The notes: generated by a model not told the origin, from the letters alone. A DNA stretch of 64,000 nt from a bacterium (GCA_965218795.1 OZ244653.1:1568001-1632000); one strand, 5' to 3'. Counted from the stretch's first letter, positions 10,833-21,673 are shown. Made by a program: numbers and translations.

Positions 10833-11098
10833 AGCCGGGATGTCCGTAAGGGGTTGGCCACGAGGTGGCGACTCGTTCCTTGCGACAACCGCCGCGAGCC
10901 CGGGCGGAAGCACCGGGTTCTGGTTCGTTCATCGCACCTTACCCCTCGAGCCGGTTTTGAATCCTGAAAGGGCCCGCGTTTCCTGTCTATCGGATGGGTG
11001 TAAACTGAATTTCGTTGACGCTATAAAGTCGTCACGAGTATCCTGGAGTCATTCCGCCTCACAAGAGAGCGCCAAGATCGCTCGGGGAGAGAGAGCCA

Positions 11099-12079
11099 AT
11101 GAAAAAGTTGACGGGATTCGCATTGGTGTTCGTCTTTTGGTTCATGAATTCTCCGGTCCAATCGCAGGAGAATGTTCGCTTTGTACTGGACTGGGTCATC
11201 GCGGGACGCCACACCGCCTACTACGTAGCCATGGAAAAGGGGTACTGGAAAAAGGCGGGGCTGAATATCAGGATGACCCGCGGCTTTGGCGGCGCGAGCA
11301 CGGTCAAGTCCGTGACCGGCGGCACGGCCGACGTAGGCAAGGCGGGCGCGGGTCCCGCACTGGTCGCGCGCGCCAAGGGGGCCCCCGTCAAGATCGTCAG
11401 CATTCTGTACGGCAAGGCTCCTTACATGTTCGTCTCGAAAGCGAAGGCGGGCGTGAAGAAACCCAAGGATCTCGAAGGCAAGAGCATCGGCTCCCCCGCG
11501 GGGGACGCAAATCGTTTCGTATTTCCCGCCCTCGCCGGCATTACCGGGATCAACGAACAGAAAGTGAAATGGGTGACCATGAGCCCCTCGGCCAAGACGC
11601 CCTCCCTCCTTTCGGACAAGGTGGATGTCATCGTTCACTTCGCGTTCGAGAAGGTCAAATTCAGGCAACTGGAAGCGAAACACGGCGCTTTCGACATCAT
11701 GATGTACGCGGACCACGGCTTGGACATGTACAGCATCGGCCTTCAGGCGCTGGATTCCTATATCCAAACGAAGCCGAAGGTCGTTCGGGCGTTCGTCCAG
11801 GGCGCGGTCAAGGCCTACGGATGGACGCTGAAGAACCCGAAGGAGGCCAATCGGATCTTCAGCAAGCACCAAGCGACGCTGAACAGAGAGATTGCGCTCG
11901 CCGAGCTGGATGTCGTCCGGGAGCTCGTGATGACCGAGGAAGCCAAGCAGCACTGCATCGGCTGGATCAGCGAGAAGAAGCTGGCCCGGACGCGGGACAT
12001 CCTTTTCAAGGCCCTCAAGGTAAAGGAGACCTTGGACGTCAAGGACGCCTATACGACGGAATTCCTGCCCTGCGGCTGA
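11099..12079 (+). CDS. NMT1/THI5-like ABC substrate-binding protein
   Basis: Signal peptide; LDW..H..YYVA.EKGY..GL and PKDLEGK motifs. Confidence 0.88.
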   Translation: MKKLTGFALVFVFWFMNSPVQSQENVRFVLDWVIAGRHTAYYVAMEKGYWKKAGLNIRMTRGFGGASTVKSVTGGTADVGKAGAGPALVARAKGAPVKIVSILYGKAPYMFVSKAKAGVKKPKDLEGKSIGSPAGDANRFVFPALAGITGINEQKVKWVTMSPSAKTPSLLSDKVDVIVHFAFEKVKFRQLEAKHGAFDIMMYADHGLDMYSIGLQALDSYIQTKPKVVRAFVQGAVKAYGWTLKNPKEANRIFSKHQATLNREIALAELDVVRELVMTEEAKQHCIGWISEKKLARTRDILFKALKVKETLDVKDAYTTEFLPCG

Positions 12080-12133
12080 GCGCGGGGAAAACGCAGTGAC
12101 ATGCCGCCACCGGGACAGGCTCCGCCCACGGCC

Positions 12134-12715
12134 CTAATCCGCCCCTGCCCCGACTTCGTCCTTCGTCTTGCTCCCGATGCGGTAGAGCGGCCGGCCGCTG
12201 TCCGTCACGGCCACGATCACGACGATCTCGTCCGCGCCGGGCGCGTCCGATACCGAAACCGCAACCGCGTCGAAGTGGGCAAAATCCCACTCGTTGTTCT
12301 TGTGATGGACGGGCACGTCAATCGTGGCCCCGGGCCCGCCCCGCTTGGCCGATGAGGGGATAACGGCCGCGCCCTCCCCCACCGCCCGCCGAAGCGGCTT
12401 GCCGAGTCGAGGATGCAGGATGGCCGCCGCGTGCTCCAGCTCACCGTTTTCCCCGACGATCGCCGACTTGCCGTAACTCTCGATCCGGTCCGGCTTCACG
12501 CCCAGCGCGGCCACCGCCCGTTCGCCCAACAGGCCGCCCATTTCATCTCCGATGACCAACAAGGGCTCGAGATCCTCCACAAACCTGCGGGCGCACGGGT
12601 TCTCAATCACCGCCGCGGCGATGGCCTTGCAGACGGGCGGGTTGACCTCCTTGTCCAGCTCGCGAAGCGTCTCCTCGACCGTGACGACGATCTTTCGGAT
12701 GTTGGCAGTCCCCAT
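12134..12715 (-). CDS. Amino acid synthesis family protein (DUF1185-like)
   Basis: IRKIV, AAVIENP, ESYGKSAIVGENGELEH, DAPGADEIVV motifs. Confidence 0.85.
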   Translation of the reverse strand: MGTANIRKIVVTVEETLRELDKEVNPPVCKAIAAAVIENPCARRFVEDLEPLLVIGDEMGGLLGERAVAALGVKPDRIESYGKSAIVGENGELEHAAAILHPRLGKPLRRAVGEGAAVIPSSAKRGGPGATIDVPVHHKNNEWDFAHFDAVAVSVSDAPGADEIVVIVAVTDSGRPLYRIGSKTKDEVGAGAD

Positions 12716-13097
12716 GTCCGATCCTCCCTTTTGACGGTTCCGGTCCCGCTGCGCGGATTCCGGCAGCGGTACAGCCCTCGCGTAATTTCCGATTTATGGG
12801 TAACCTTCCCTAATTGTTGTACCACGCCTGCGGCTTTACATTCTGCGCCTCCATGAGGCAAGCCGCCAGGGGCGCACGGCGCACCCAAAATAGATTTCGC
12901 GCTTGCGCAGATTCCTCGTGCAGGTCCAGGACCCGCCCTCGGAATGACGGTAGGCCCTGCGAAAGGACACCGGAGATTTTTCGGGAGAAAAATCCGGGCG
13001 GGACAACGCCCCGCCCCGGCAGGCCGCGCGCAGCGCGGCGAGATCGCAGAGGCACGTTGCCTCCCAAATGCCCCCCACTCATAATGGAGGGATGGAT

Positions 13098-13886
13098 ATG
13101 ACCGCCTCGGAGTCCGGCCGGCCGGGAATCCGCTGCATCGACCTCAGCGTGCCGCTCAATAACTTTTCGATGGACCGGGACGCGGCGCGCGTCTTCTCCT
13201 GGGACCACCGCGAAGGCGCACGGCGCGTGGCGAGGATGTACGACGTCGACCCGGACGCGTTGCCGGACGGCCTGGCCGCGGCGGCGGACGAGCTGACGTT
13301 GAACTCTCACTCGGGCACCCACCTGGACGCTCCCTGGCACTTCGGCCCGACTGTTGCGGGAGAGCCCTCCAAGACGATCGACGAGATCCCGCTGGAGTGG
13401 TGTTTCTCCGACGGGGTCGTGCTCGACATGACCCACAAGAAGCCATGCGAGCTGATCACCGCCGAGGACATGGAGGCGGCCGTCGAATCGATCGGGTACG
13501 AGATCAAGCCCTTCGACATCGTTTTCATCCGGACGGATACCACGAAATACTTCGAGCAGCCGGATTTCCTGATGCGCCAGCCGGGGATGGGGCGGGAGAG
13601 CACGATGTGGCTCATCGACCGGGGCGTCAAGATTGCCGGCATCGACGCCTGGAGCTTCGACCGGCCCACGGCCGAGATCATCAAGGATCTCAAGGCCGGG
13701 AACGTCGACGCCTACTGGGCCGCGCACCGCGTGGGCAGGGAGCGGGAATATTGCCACATCGAGAAGCTGGCGAACCTGGACCTGATCCCCGAGCCGTTCG
13801 GTTTCAAGGTGTCCGTGTTCCCCATCCGGATCGAGGGGGGAAGCGGCGCCTGGGTGCGGGCCGTGGCGATCATCGAGGGCGGTTAG
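13098..13886 (+). CDS. Cyclase family protein (kynurenine formamidase-like)
   Basis: HSGTHLDAPWHF, GIDAWSFD, HIEKLANL; GGAGG RBS. Confidence 0.9.
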   Translation: MTASESGRPGIRCIDLSVPLNNFSMDRDAARVFSWDHREGARRVARMYDVDPDALPDGLAAAADELTLNSHSGTHLDAPWHFGPTVAGEPSKTIDEIPLEWCFSDGVVLDMTHKKPCELITAEDMEAAVESIGYEIKPFDIVFIRTDTTKYFEQPDFLMRQPGMGRESTMWLIDRGVKIAGIDAWSFDRPTAEIIKDLKAGNVDAYWAAHRVGREREYCHIEKLANLDLIPEPFGFKVSVFPIRIEGGSGAWVRAVAIIEGG

Positions 13887-14135
13887 CGGGCGCGGCCCGC
13901 GCTCCCTTTTCGGCGGGCCGGGACAGAGACTGTACTCAACCAAAGACATGAAATCCACAGATTACGCAGATTTCACGGTTTCATCGGAGGGGGAAATGCA
14001 AAGGGGCGGGTACGGACAGCCGCCGGCTGAAGACGCTCCCCCCAATCCGGCCCCAAGGGCCGCTAAATCGCCGCGGCACGTTGCCGCCGCTGAGGCGCGC
14101 CGCCTCTTTTCAACTCCACTTTTCGAGGAATCGGA

Positions 14136-15431
14136 ATGAAGACCCAGAAAACGACGCTGCAAAAGGTGTGGTCGAAGGTCGACCAGAAGGAGCTGGTGGA
14201 TCTCGCCATGACGCTGGTCAACTCCCACAGCCCCACCGGGAGCGAGGAGGAGGTCGCGCGTATCTGCGTCGACTGGCTCAACGAGCGCGGCATCCCCGCC
14301 TTCTACCAGGAGGTCGAGCCCGGACGCGGGAACGTCGTCGGCACCCTCAAGGGGACCGGCGGCGGACCCATGCTCATGTACAACTGCCATTTGGACACAG
14401 CCCTCTCGGGCGACCCGACGGACGTCATGTTCGCCGGAAAGCTGCGGCCCGAGTGGCTCTCGCAGGCCCGGCGAAAGGGGAACCTCATCTTCGGCAGCGG
14501 CATCTTCAACGATAAGGGCCCCTTCGCCTGCGTCCTGGCCGCGGCCCATGCCGTCAAGCGGTCCGGCGTGAAGCTCAAGGGCGACATCGTCCTCACCGGG
14601 GTGTGCGGCGAGATCGGCCGCGCGCCCGTAGACCAGTACCAGGGGGCGGCGCAGCGCGGCAAGGGCGTGGGGATGCGGTACATGCTCACCCACGGCGTCG
14701 TGGCCGATTACGCGATCGTCGCCGAGCCCTCCCGGTTCGGCATCACCACCACGCAGGCGGGGGCCACGTTCATCAAGGTGACATGCGCGGGCAGTCCCAT
14801 GTACGCGCCCTTCGTGGAGCACCCCGAGGACCTGACAAAGAGCATGAACGCCGTCGTGAAAATGAGCACCCTCGTCCCGCACATCGAGGCCTGGGCGCGG
14901 CGATATCAGCAGGAGCACACCTACGAGTTCAAGTACGGGACGCTGGTGCCGAAGGTGAATATCGGGGCGATTCAAGGGGGCGCGCCCTTCAAGCCGAACT
15001 TCTCGCCGGCCCTCTGCTCGATGTACATCGAAGCGTTCACCCCGCCGGACCTGCGGCCGCTGGACGTCCTGCGCGAGATGGAAGAGGTGATCCGCGGAAG
15101 CGGCATCGAAGCCGAAGCGGAGCTCTTTCTTTCGGTCAAAGGGTACGAATCCGAGAACGCGGACGCCCTCGTCCGGATCATGAGCGACGCGCAAAAGGCC
15201 GTCCGCGGCAGGCCGCCCAAGCAGATACAGTCTCAGCTCACGAGCACCTATGCCGATTTGACGATCCTGGCCGAGATCGGCATCCCGGCGATCAAGTGCG
15301 GGCCTGCGCCCGAGGACCCCAACCTGAAGCCCGGCACGAGCGAGGTGCAGAAAATCAGCGATCTGGTCGCCGCGACCAAGATGTACTGCGCCGCCAGTGT
15401 GGAGATCTGCAACCACCTGCCGAAGACCTGA
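14136..15431 (+). CDS. M20/ArgE-DapE family metallopeptidase/deacylase, atypical
   Basis: SPTGSE, NCHLDT, GSGIFNDKG and AIVAEP motifs. Confidence 0.82.
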   Translation: MKTQKTTLQKVWSKVDQKELVDLAMTLVNSHSPTGSEEEVARICVDWLNERGIPAFYQEVEPGRGNVVGTLKGTGGGPMLMYNCHLDTALSGDPTDVMFAGKLRPEWLSQARRKGNLIFGSGIFNDKGPFACVLAAAHAVKRSGVKLKGDIVLTGVCGEIGRAPVDQYQGAAQRGKGVGMRYMLTHGVVADYAIVAEPSRFGITTTQAGATFIKVTCAGSPMYAPFVEHPEDLTKSMNAVVKMSTLVPHIEAWARRYQQEHTYEFKYGTLVPKVNIGAIQGGAPFKPNFSPALCSMYIEAFTPPDLRPLDVLREMEEVIRGSGIEAEAELFLSVKGYESENADALVRIMSDAQKAVRGRPPKQIQSQLTSTYADLTILAEIGIPAIKCGPAPEDPNLKPGTSEVQKISDLVAATKMYCAASVEICNHLPKT

Positions 15432-15674
15432 GGGCTTCGGGGAAGCATGAGAATGATCGTGGGGGCGCTTTTTGAGCGCTTGCGCGCCGGGCGGGTCAAA
15501 CGATCCGCCGATTGCATGACGCGCATGCCCGGCGAGAATGAAGCATGGATCCGTCGGGTGACCGCGCGTCTTTCGGCGCGGAACGCAACCGCCTGAGACG
15601 GATGAAGCGGCCTCCGGCAATTCCGTGAGAGAATCAACGCACCGCATCAACCATACAACGGGGAGAAATGAATC

Positions 15675-16079
15675 ATGGCCAAGAAAACCATCAAGAAGCG
15701 CATCAAGAGCTCGAAGGTTTGGGAGCCGCCGCCGCGATCCTGGTCGCAGGCCCTCCAGACGAACAATCTGCTGTTCATCGCCGGCCAGGTCGGCGTGAAC
15801 GCCAAGGGAAAACTCGTCGGCAAGGGGGACGCCGAGGTCCAGGCGCGTCAGGTCTTCAAGAACATCGAGAATCTCGTCAAGGAAGCCGGCGGAACGATGG
15901 ACGACGTCGTCCAGCTCACCGTCTACGTCACCGATATCCGGCATGCCGAGAAAGTGCGCAAAGCGCGTGAGGCGTTCTTCCAGGGCGAGCCTCCGACCTC
16001 CACGCTTCTCGTCATCTCGGGGCTGGCCTCCGAAGACCTGCTCGTGGAGATCAACGCCATCGCCGTCCTGCCCGAATAA
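15675..16079 (+). CDS. RidA/YjgF family protein
   Basis: LFIAGQVG, PPTSTLL and LVEINAIA motifs. Confidence 0.9.
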   Translation: MAKKTIKKRIKSSKVWEPPPRSWSQALQTNNLLFIAGQVGVNAKGKLVGKGDAEVQARQVFKNIENLVKEAGGTMDDVVQLTVYVTDIRHAEKVRKAREAFFQGEPPTSTLLVISGLASEDLLVEINAIAVLPE

Positions 16080-16514
16080 CGGGCCGGCGGTTTCGTTCCG
16101 GGCGAGTGAATGCGGACGCCCGAAAATTCAGGCGGCGGGTTGAAGCGTTCAGAGAGGGGATGAATTCCCGTTGAGGGGGCGAGCGCCGAATCGATTGATT
16201 GCAATTCGGGTTGTTGGGGAACCGGGTCGAGAGGTTTTCGGGCAATCGAAGCGCAGTTCAGAAACCCTTCAACAGCCCCCCATCATGACCGCCGGAGGCG
16301 GGACAAGGCTGTCACCACCGGTCAGGACATCCATTTCATATTTCGGGAAGCTCCCGGTCAAGAAGTCAATGGCCGGCAAAGCTGTCAGCAGACCGACCAT
16401 TGCCAGGATTCTGTCAGTCCTTCGATTTGGTCATTCCTTCATGAATCAACTCTTCAGTGTCTTACGGGAAGATTCAGTTCGATAAAGACAACACGGGAGG
16501 GATTTGCAAGAGTC

Positions 16515-16733
16515 ATGGAATACTCTGTTCATCACACCGTTCTGGGCGATTGCAAACTGTCGGATGAACATCCGAAAGGCTCGGCCGGATCGCCCGTGCT
16601 CGTCGGGCCGGACGGAAAGGCCTACGGCCCGAAAGATCCTGAGGTGCGGGCCGGCAACATTCACCCGGAAGCCTCTACGAGTTACACGCAGGACTATCTG
16701 GATTTCGTCAGAAAGTTCAACGCGCGGCTGTAA
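16515..16733 (+). CDS. Small hypothetical protein (72 aa)
   Basis: GGGAGG upstream and plausible composition; no family recognised. Confidence 0.4.
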   Translation: MEYSVHHTVLGDCKLSDEHPKGSAGSPVLVGPDGKAYGPKDPEVRAGNIHPEASTSYTQDYLDFVRKFNARL

Positions 16734-16835
16734 TCGGTCAGGCGCATTCAAGGTTCCGCCGACGACAAAGCCCCATCCCGAATGAGTTTTGGAGAAAACC
16801 GGCGCTGCTGAAAGCTCCGGAACCGCAGCCCGATT

Positions 16836-17342
16836 TCAGGGGTTCAGGAGCCGCTGATAGACCGATCGATCGCTGTCGTTGAAGCAGACGAACCGCACCC
16901 GCTCCACCGGCGTCGCCTGATCCAGGCATTCCCGCACGGCGTCAACGGCAATCCGCGCGGCATCCTCGATGGGATACCGGTAGGCCCCCGTGCTGATCGA
17001 CGGAAACGCGACGGAGCGTAGACCGTTCTCCCCGGCCAGGGCCATCGAATGGAGGTAGCAGCCGCGCAGCTTTTCCGGCTCGCCGCGGGTTCCGCCGCCG
17101 TACACGGGACCCACCGTATGAATGACGTGTCTGGCGGAAAGATCGTAACCCTTCGTGATGCGGGCCTCGCCCGTGGGACATCCGCCGACCGCCTTGCACT
17201 CCTCCAGAAGCGCCGGCCCCGCGGCCCGGTGGATCGCACCGTCCACCCCGCCGCCGCCCAGAAGCGTGGTGTTCGCGGCGTTCACGATCGCGTCCACGGT
17301 TTCCTTTGTGATATCCCCCTGAACCGCCTCGATGGCCCCCAT
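16836..17342 (-). CDS. ymdB: Macro domain O-acetyl-ADP-ribose deacetylase (YmdB-like)
   Basis: [41 protein letters not shown]. Confidence 0.92.
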   Translation of the reverse strand: MGAIEAVQGDITKETVDAIVNAANTTLLGGGGVDGAIHRAAGPALLEECKAVGGCPTGEARITKGYDLSARHVIHTVGPVYGGGTRGEPEKLRGCYLHSMALAGENGLRSVAFPSISTGAYRYPIEDAARIAVDAVRECLDQATPVERVRFVCFNDSDRSVYQRLLNP

Positions 17343-17688
17343 GACAGAGCTCCTTCCCCATCCCCCGCGCGGGCTTTTCGTCCGAGTTCATCCCGCACAG
17401 AACCCGCACGGAGTCAAACTGCCTGTTCGATTTCGCAGCGCTCATCGGGCGCCGCGGCCGGGCCGGACAAGGTCATTGTAAATCATTCCACCCTTCATCC
17501 CGACGAAAACGGATCAGGACCCGCCCGCCCCATGCCTCCCGAAAAACTTTCACCGCGTGAAACGGGCCGCCGGGTTTTGATCTATGAGAAAATCCTCCCG
17601 AACGATTCACGGTCAGGCCGGGGCGGGCAGGACGACATCCGTCTCATCCGTTCCGGCATTCGCCATGGAGGGATTGAGGGGAGGAATC

Positions 17689-18720
17689 ATGAGCGGGTCC
17701 ATCTTCCGGCAGGTCGACATCGGCCTGTACAGCGTTTCATCCACGAAGGACAACGTCGCCGTCGTCCGAAGGGCCGAGGAGCGCGGCTTCCGGCGCGTCT
17801 GGCTGGCCGAGAGTTTCCACGGCCGGGACCTGATCGTCCAGGCCACGGCTGCCGCGACCGCGACGGAGAACATCGAAATCGCCCTGGGCATCATGAACCC
17901 CTACAACCGGCACCCGGCGCAGATTGCCATGGCCGTCGCCGATCTCGAGGAGCTGGCAGGCCCCCGGGTGACCCTGGGTCTCGGGGCGGCGTGGTCGTCG
18001 CTCCTGATGCACGGTGTGGAGAATCCCCGTCCCATCTCCGCCCTGCGCGAGGCGGGCGAAATCTGCCGGGCGCTCCTGCGGGGAGAACGCCTGGCGTACG
18101 AAGGGAAGATTTTCCGCTTTCCCGCGCCCGGCGTGTCCATCGACTTTCCCCTGGCCCGGCGGGGTGTCCCGCTCTACTACGGCACCCTCGGACCCCGGAC
18201 CCTCCGCATGGCGTCCTCCATGGCGGACGGCATCATCTTGAGCATCTTTTGCTGTCCGGCCTTCATCCGGAGCGCCATGGAGCACGTGCGCACCGGCGCG
18301 GCCAAGGCGGGACGTTCGACCGATGAGATGGACATCGCCGACTACATCATCTTTTCCGTGGATGAGGACGGGGACGCCGCGCGCCGGGCGGTGAAGCATC
18401 TCGTGGCGCATTATGTGATGCGCGTGGCCGATACATTCCGCTACGAAGCGGCGGGGCTGGACCCGGAGCGCCTGGCCGGCATCCAAAAGGACCTCCTGGA
18501 AGCCGAGCGTCACAACCGGTTGGCCGACGCCATTGACCGCGTGCCCAACGACATCGTCGGCGCCCTGACGGTCGCCGGGTCTCCGGAGGAGTGCGTCGAA
18601 GGGCTGAAGGCATACGCCGATACGGGTCTCAAAACGCCCATCCTTTATCAGACGCTCGGCCCCGACCGGCTGAGATCGATCGACCTCATTGCGGAGCGCG
18701 TCCTCCCGGAAGTGCTCTGA
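17689..18720 (+). CDS. LLM class flavin/F420-dependent oxidoreductase (Mer-like)
   Basis: GFRRVWLAE, NPYNRHPA, LGLGA, VAGSPEEC; GAGGA RBS. Confidence 0.88.
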   Translation: MSGSIFRQVDIGLYSVSSTKDNVAVVRRAEERGFRRVWLAESFHGRDLIVQATAAATATENIEIALGIMNPYNRHPAQIAMAVADLEELAGPRVTLGLGAAWSSLLMHGVENPRPISALREAGEICRALLRGERLAYEGKIFRFPAPGVSIDFPLARRGVPLYYGTLGPRTLRMASSMADGIILSIFCCPAFIRSAMEHVRTGAAKAGRSTDEMDIADYIIFSVDEDGDAARRAVKHLVAHYVMRVADTFRYEAAGLDPERLAGIQKDLLEAERHNRLADAIDRVPNDIVGALTVAGSPEECVEGLKAYADTGLKTPILYQTLGPDRLRSIDLIAERVLPEVL

Positions 18721-18722
18721 GC

Positions 18723-19130
18723 ATGGCGTTCGATCCCGATCGATTGCCTGAGAAGCTCCTGACCGCCCTCGGGACTCCGCTGTACGCCATGTTGACGACC
18801 CTTCGGCCGGACGGGTCGCCGCACGTGGTGTGCGTCTGCATGATGTACGACCCCGAAGAACGCCTGGCGAGGGTGATCGCCCGGCGCGACTCCGTCAAGG
18901 CGGCCAACCTGCGGGCCGATCCCCGGGCGAGCCTCAGCATGCAGGACGGAGAAGGCCGCTGGGCGACGTTCGAGGGCCGCGGACGCGTCATGGAGGACCG
19001 CCCCGCGGTGGAAGAGGCGGTCCGGCGCCACCGCCGGCGCTATGGCGGCGACACCTCGGTCTCCCCGGATTTCGTCGCCATCGAGATACAGATCGAACGG
19101 GTCATCGGCGAGTGGTGGCTGACCCGGTGA
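18723..19130 (+). CDS. PPOX-class (pyridoxamine 5'-phosphate oxidase-like) probable F420-dependent enzyme
   Basis: LTTLRPDGSPH and KAANLRADPRASL motifs. Confidence 0.85.
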   Translation: MAFDPDRLPEKLLTALGTPLYAMLTTLRPDGSPHVVCVCMMYDPEERLARVIARRDSVKAANLRADPRASLSMQDGEGRWATFEGRGRVMEDRPAVEEAVRRHRRRYGGDTSVSPDFVAIEIQIERVIGEWWLTR

Positions 19131-19216
19131 AACACGCGCCCAGGTTGGGATTCCAGTGCAGCGGATCTAAAATCATTGAGAATGGGATCAGAATGATTTG
19201 TCAATGGCCCGGAAAC

Positions 19217-19797
19217 CGCCCATGAAAAGCCCCTGCAAGGGGGTTGCAAGGGGCGTGCATGGACCGCGCTCGATGCCGGCGGCCGTCGCGAAACCGGGTG
19301 CTCCGCTTGAGTCTTCGCCGGGATGCGGTTTCCGGCGCGCCATGGCCCCACCGGCTACCAGGCAAGTTTCCGTCGTCATCGAGCGGCGAGAACGGGTTCC
19401 AGGCAACCTCCCAAAAATAATGCCCGTCGGGATCCTTGAAGTATCCAGAATGGCCGCCCCAGAAGACATCCTGCGCCGGCTTGACGATGGTCCCGCCGGC
19501 GCGTTCGGCTTCGTCAAGCACCGCGGCAGCGACGTTGCGCCGCTCCCGGCTCGCTTTGGAAACCCGGCGGCGGCGAGGGTATCAGGGGCGATGCCTGCCA
19601 GTGCGTCGCACGCAGACCTGTCTGCCTGTCTGCCGGCCAGGCAGGCAGGCGGGAATGACAAGTGGAAAATCCCCCCGAAAAATCCCCCTGAATCGCCCAT
19701 GAAAAGCCCTTGCAAGGGGGTTGCAAGGGGCGTGCATGGGCGGTTTCTGATGAGCATCGATCCGGCTTGTCCGGATTCCCGCTTTCGCGGGAATGAC
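19217..19797. repeat. Composite repeat locus: two direct copies of CGCCCATGAAAAGCCC..TGCAAGGGG..TTGCAAGGGGCGTGCATGG (about 19217-19262 and 19694-19740), a CCTGTCTGCC..GGCAGGCAGG hairpin and a GGATTCCCGC..GCGGGAATGAC palindrome (19773-19797)
   Basis: Direct comparison; the same modules recur at 22610-22700 and 30410-30750. Confidence 0.8.
19360..19545 (-). pseudogene. VOC/glyoxalase family C-terminal fragment
   Basis: AGGTIVKPAQDVFWGGHSGYFKDPDGH.WEVAWNP is a typical VOC C-terminus; the N-terminal half is absent. Confidence 0.8.
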
Positions 19798-19999
19798 GGG
19801 CGGGAACGAGTCCCCGAAGGCTCTCGTTGGAGCCCGCGCCGTATGGATTTCCACCCTTGCCCGGCAACGCGACGCCTGAACTCAGCGTCGAGCCGGTTCG
19901 GCCTCGCAGGTCGAGTTCCGCGATAGACCGCCCGTTCGCCCTCCGACCTCCGTCTCGAACGACTGTCCGCCAGGATCTGCGGGAATACAAACTGGAGCG

Positions 20000-21673
20000 T
20001 CACCCCCCAAACGCTCCGTAGTGGTCTCGATGGACTCGCCGAATGGCGGCGTCAATCTTTGACCGGGGGATATCCATCCGATGCAAGAGGCGTCGGATGA
20101 TCGTCAGCGAGGTCTCGAATTCTTCCGCGATCACGGTGTCGGCGCCCGCCTGATAGAGCGGCTCGACCCCCGTCTCGTAGGGCGTTCGGGCGATGATGTA
20201 GATGTCCTTGTTGAGCCGGCGGGCCATGGCCACCGCCTGCCGTGTAGCGACGGGATCGGAGATGGCGAAGACGACAGCGCGGGCCCGGCGGATGCCGACG
20301 CTTTCGAGTACGAGTTCGCTGACAGCATCACCATAATGGATCGGTATGCCCTGCCGCCGCGCCGTGGCCACGGTTCGCGGGTTCATCTCCAGGACAACGT
20401 GTTCGAGATCCGACGCCCGCAGCATCGCCGCCACATTACGCCCATTCAGTCCGTACCCTACGATCAGTGTATGGTCGGAAACGTCCAGACTCTCAGGTAC
20501 GCTCGCACTCGTTTGGCCGGCACCTGCGGGCAAACGGTTGGAAGCCGTGGAGACCAGCGGTGAGAGCACCATCGTCATGAGAATAACGGCCAAGACCATT
20601 TGCTCCGGCCCCGGGCCCAGGATCTGACCTTTCTGCGCGGCTCGTACCAGAACAATAGAGAACTCTCCGATCTGCGACAGCAGCAGACCGGAGGCCAACG
20701 CCACGCGCAGCGGAAAACCCAGAATCCGCACCGTGCCCGCGACCACGGCCGCCTTGACGAGCATGACGGCCGCAGCGATGCCGAGAATCATGGCCGCGTT
20801 CTCGAGCAGGAGTCGAGGATCGATCAACATGCCGATCGAGACGAAAAAGAGGCTGTTGAACGTCTCCCGGAACGGCAGGACGTCGGAGAGGATCTGGTGG
20901 CTGTATTCCGACTCCGAGATCACCAGGCCGGCAACGAAGGCTCCCAGTCCCGGGCTGATCCCGAAACGGGAGCTGACCCACGCCGTTGCCGTCACCGTCA
21001 CGATCACCGAAAGGATAAAGATATCCCGGCTGCGCGACGCGACCGTTCTGGCAATGAAGCGGGGAACGATCGCCCGGGCGGCAATCAGGATGAGAACGAT
21101 CGCCGCCAGCGAAATCCCGAGCGCGGAGGCGAGCCTGGCCGGGTCGGGCGCGCTTCGGCCGCTCAAGAAAGGCAGCATCAACATCATCGGTACAACCGCA
21201 ATGTCCTGAAACACCAATATGGCAAGCGAGAGATTGCCCTTCGGCGAGAGAGCCTCAGCCCGTTCGTGCAGCAGGCGCAGGGCGATGACCGTGCTGCTCA
21301 GCGCCGTGACCATCCCCAGGAAAATCGAGAGCTTCAAGGATCCCGAAACCGCATAGGCGACACCTCCGGCCAGAAGTCCGGTGGCGGCGACCTGGATTCC
21401 CCCGCCGGCCAGGACCATCCACCGCATCCGGTAGATTCGTTCGATCGAGAACTCCACGCCGATGGAGAACAGCAGGAGCATGACGCCGATCTCCTCCATC
21501 AGACGGACGTCCTCGTTCGAGGCGATCAAGCCCAGGCCCGAAGGGCCGATGAGCATTCCCGCCACAAGGAAACCGGTGATCGTCGAGAGCCGCGCGGCCC
21601 GGAACAGGTAAGAGACCAGCACGGCGGCGCCGAACAGAATCGTCAGGTCTCTGAGGAGGTGGCTATCTTCCAT
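20000..21673 (-). CDS. CPA2 cation:proton antiporter with TrkA-N/RCK domain (KefB/KefC-like)
   Basis: LLLFSIGVEFS, LSSTVI, QDIAVVP, LLSQIGEFS, VGYGLNG, YGDA. Confidence 0.92.
   Translation of the reverse strand: MEDSHLLRDLTILFGAAVLVSYLFRAARLSTITGFLVAGMLIGPSGLGLIASNEDVRLMEEIGVMLLLFSIGVEFSIERIYRMRWMVLAGGGIQVAATGLLAGGVAYAVSGSLKLSIFLGMVTALSSTVIALRLLHERAEALSPKGNLSLAILVFQDIAVVPMMLMLPFLSGRSAPDPARLASALGISLAAIVLILIAARAIVPRFIARTVASRSRDIFILSVIVTVTATAWVSSRFGISPGLGAFVAGLVISESEYSHQILSDVLPFRETFNSLFFVSIGMLIDPRLLLENAAMILGIAAAVMLVKAAVVAGTVRILGFPLRVALASGLLLSQIGEFSIVLVRAAQKGQILGPGPEQMVLAVILMTMVLSPLVSTASNRLPAGAGQTSASVPESLDVSDHTLIVGYGLNGRNVAAMLRASDLEHVVLEMNPRTVATARRQGIPIHYGDAVSELVLESVGIRRARAVVFAISDPVATRQAVAMARRLNKDIYIIARTPYETGVEPLYQAGADTVIAEEFETSLTIIRRLLHRMDIPRSKIDAAIRRVHRDHYGAFGG

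Noticed and set aside
13951-13982. 9-bp-period CACAGATTA-like short repeat
   Set aside because: Three degenerate units at a single locus; too weak to call
16836-17342. Macro domain as part of a toxin-antitoxin or defence system
   Set aside because: Canonical stand-alone YmdB-like sequence with no ADP-ribosyltransferase or sirtuin neighbour
19188-20003. ORFs of 158-271 aa over the repeat locus
   Set aside because: They translate repeat modules (SFPRKRES, CTPLATPLQG twice); only the VOC fragment looks like a real gene
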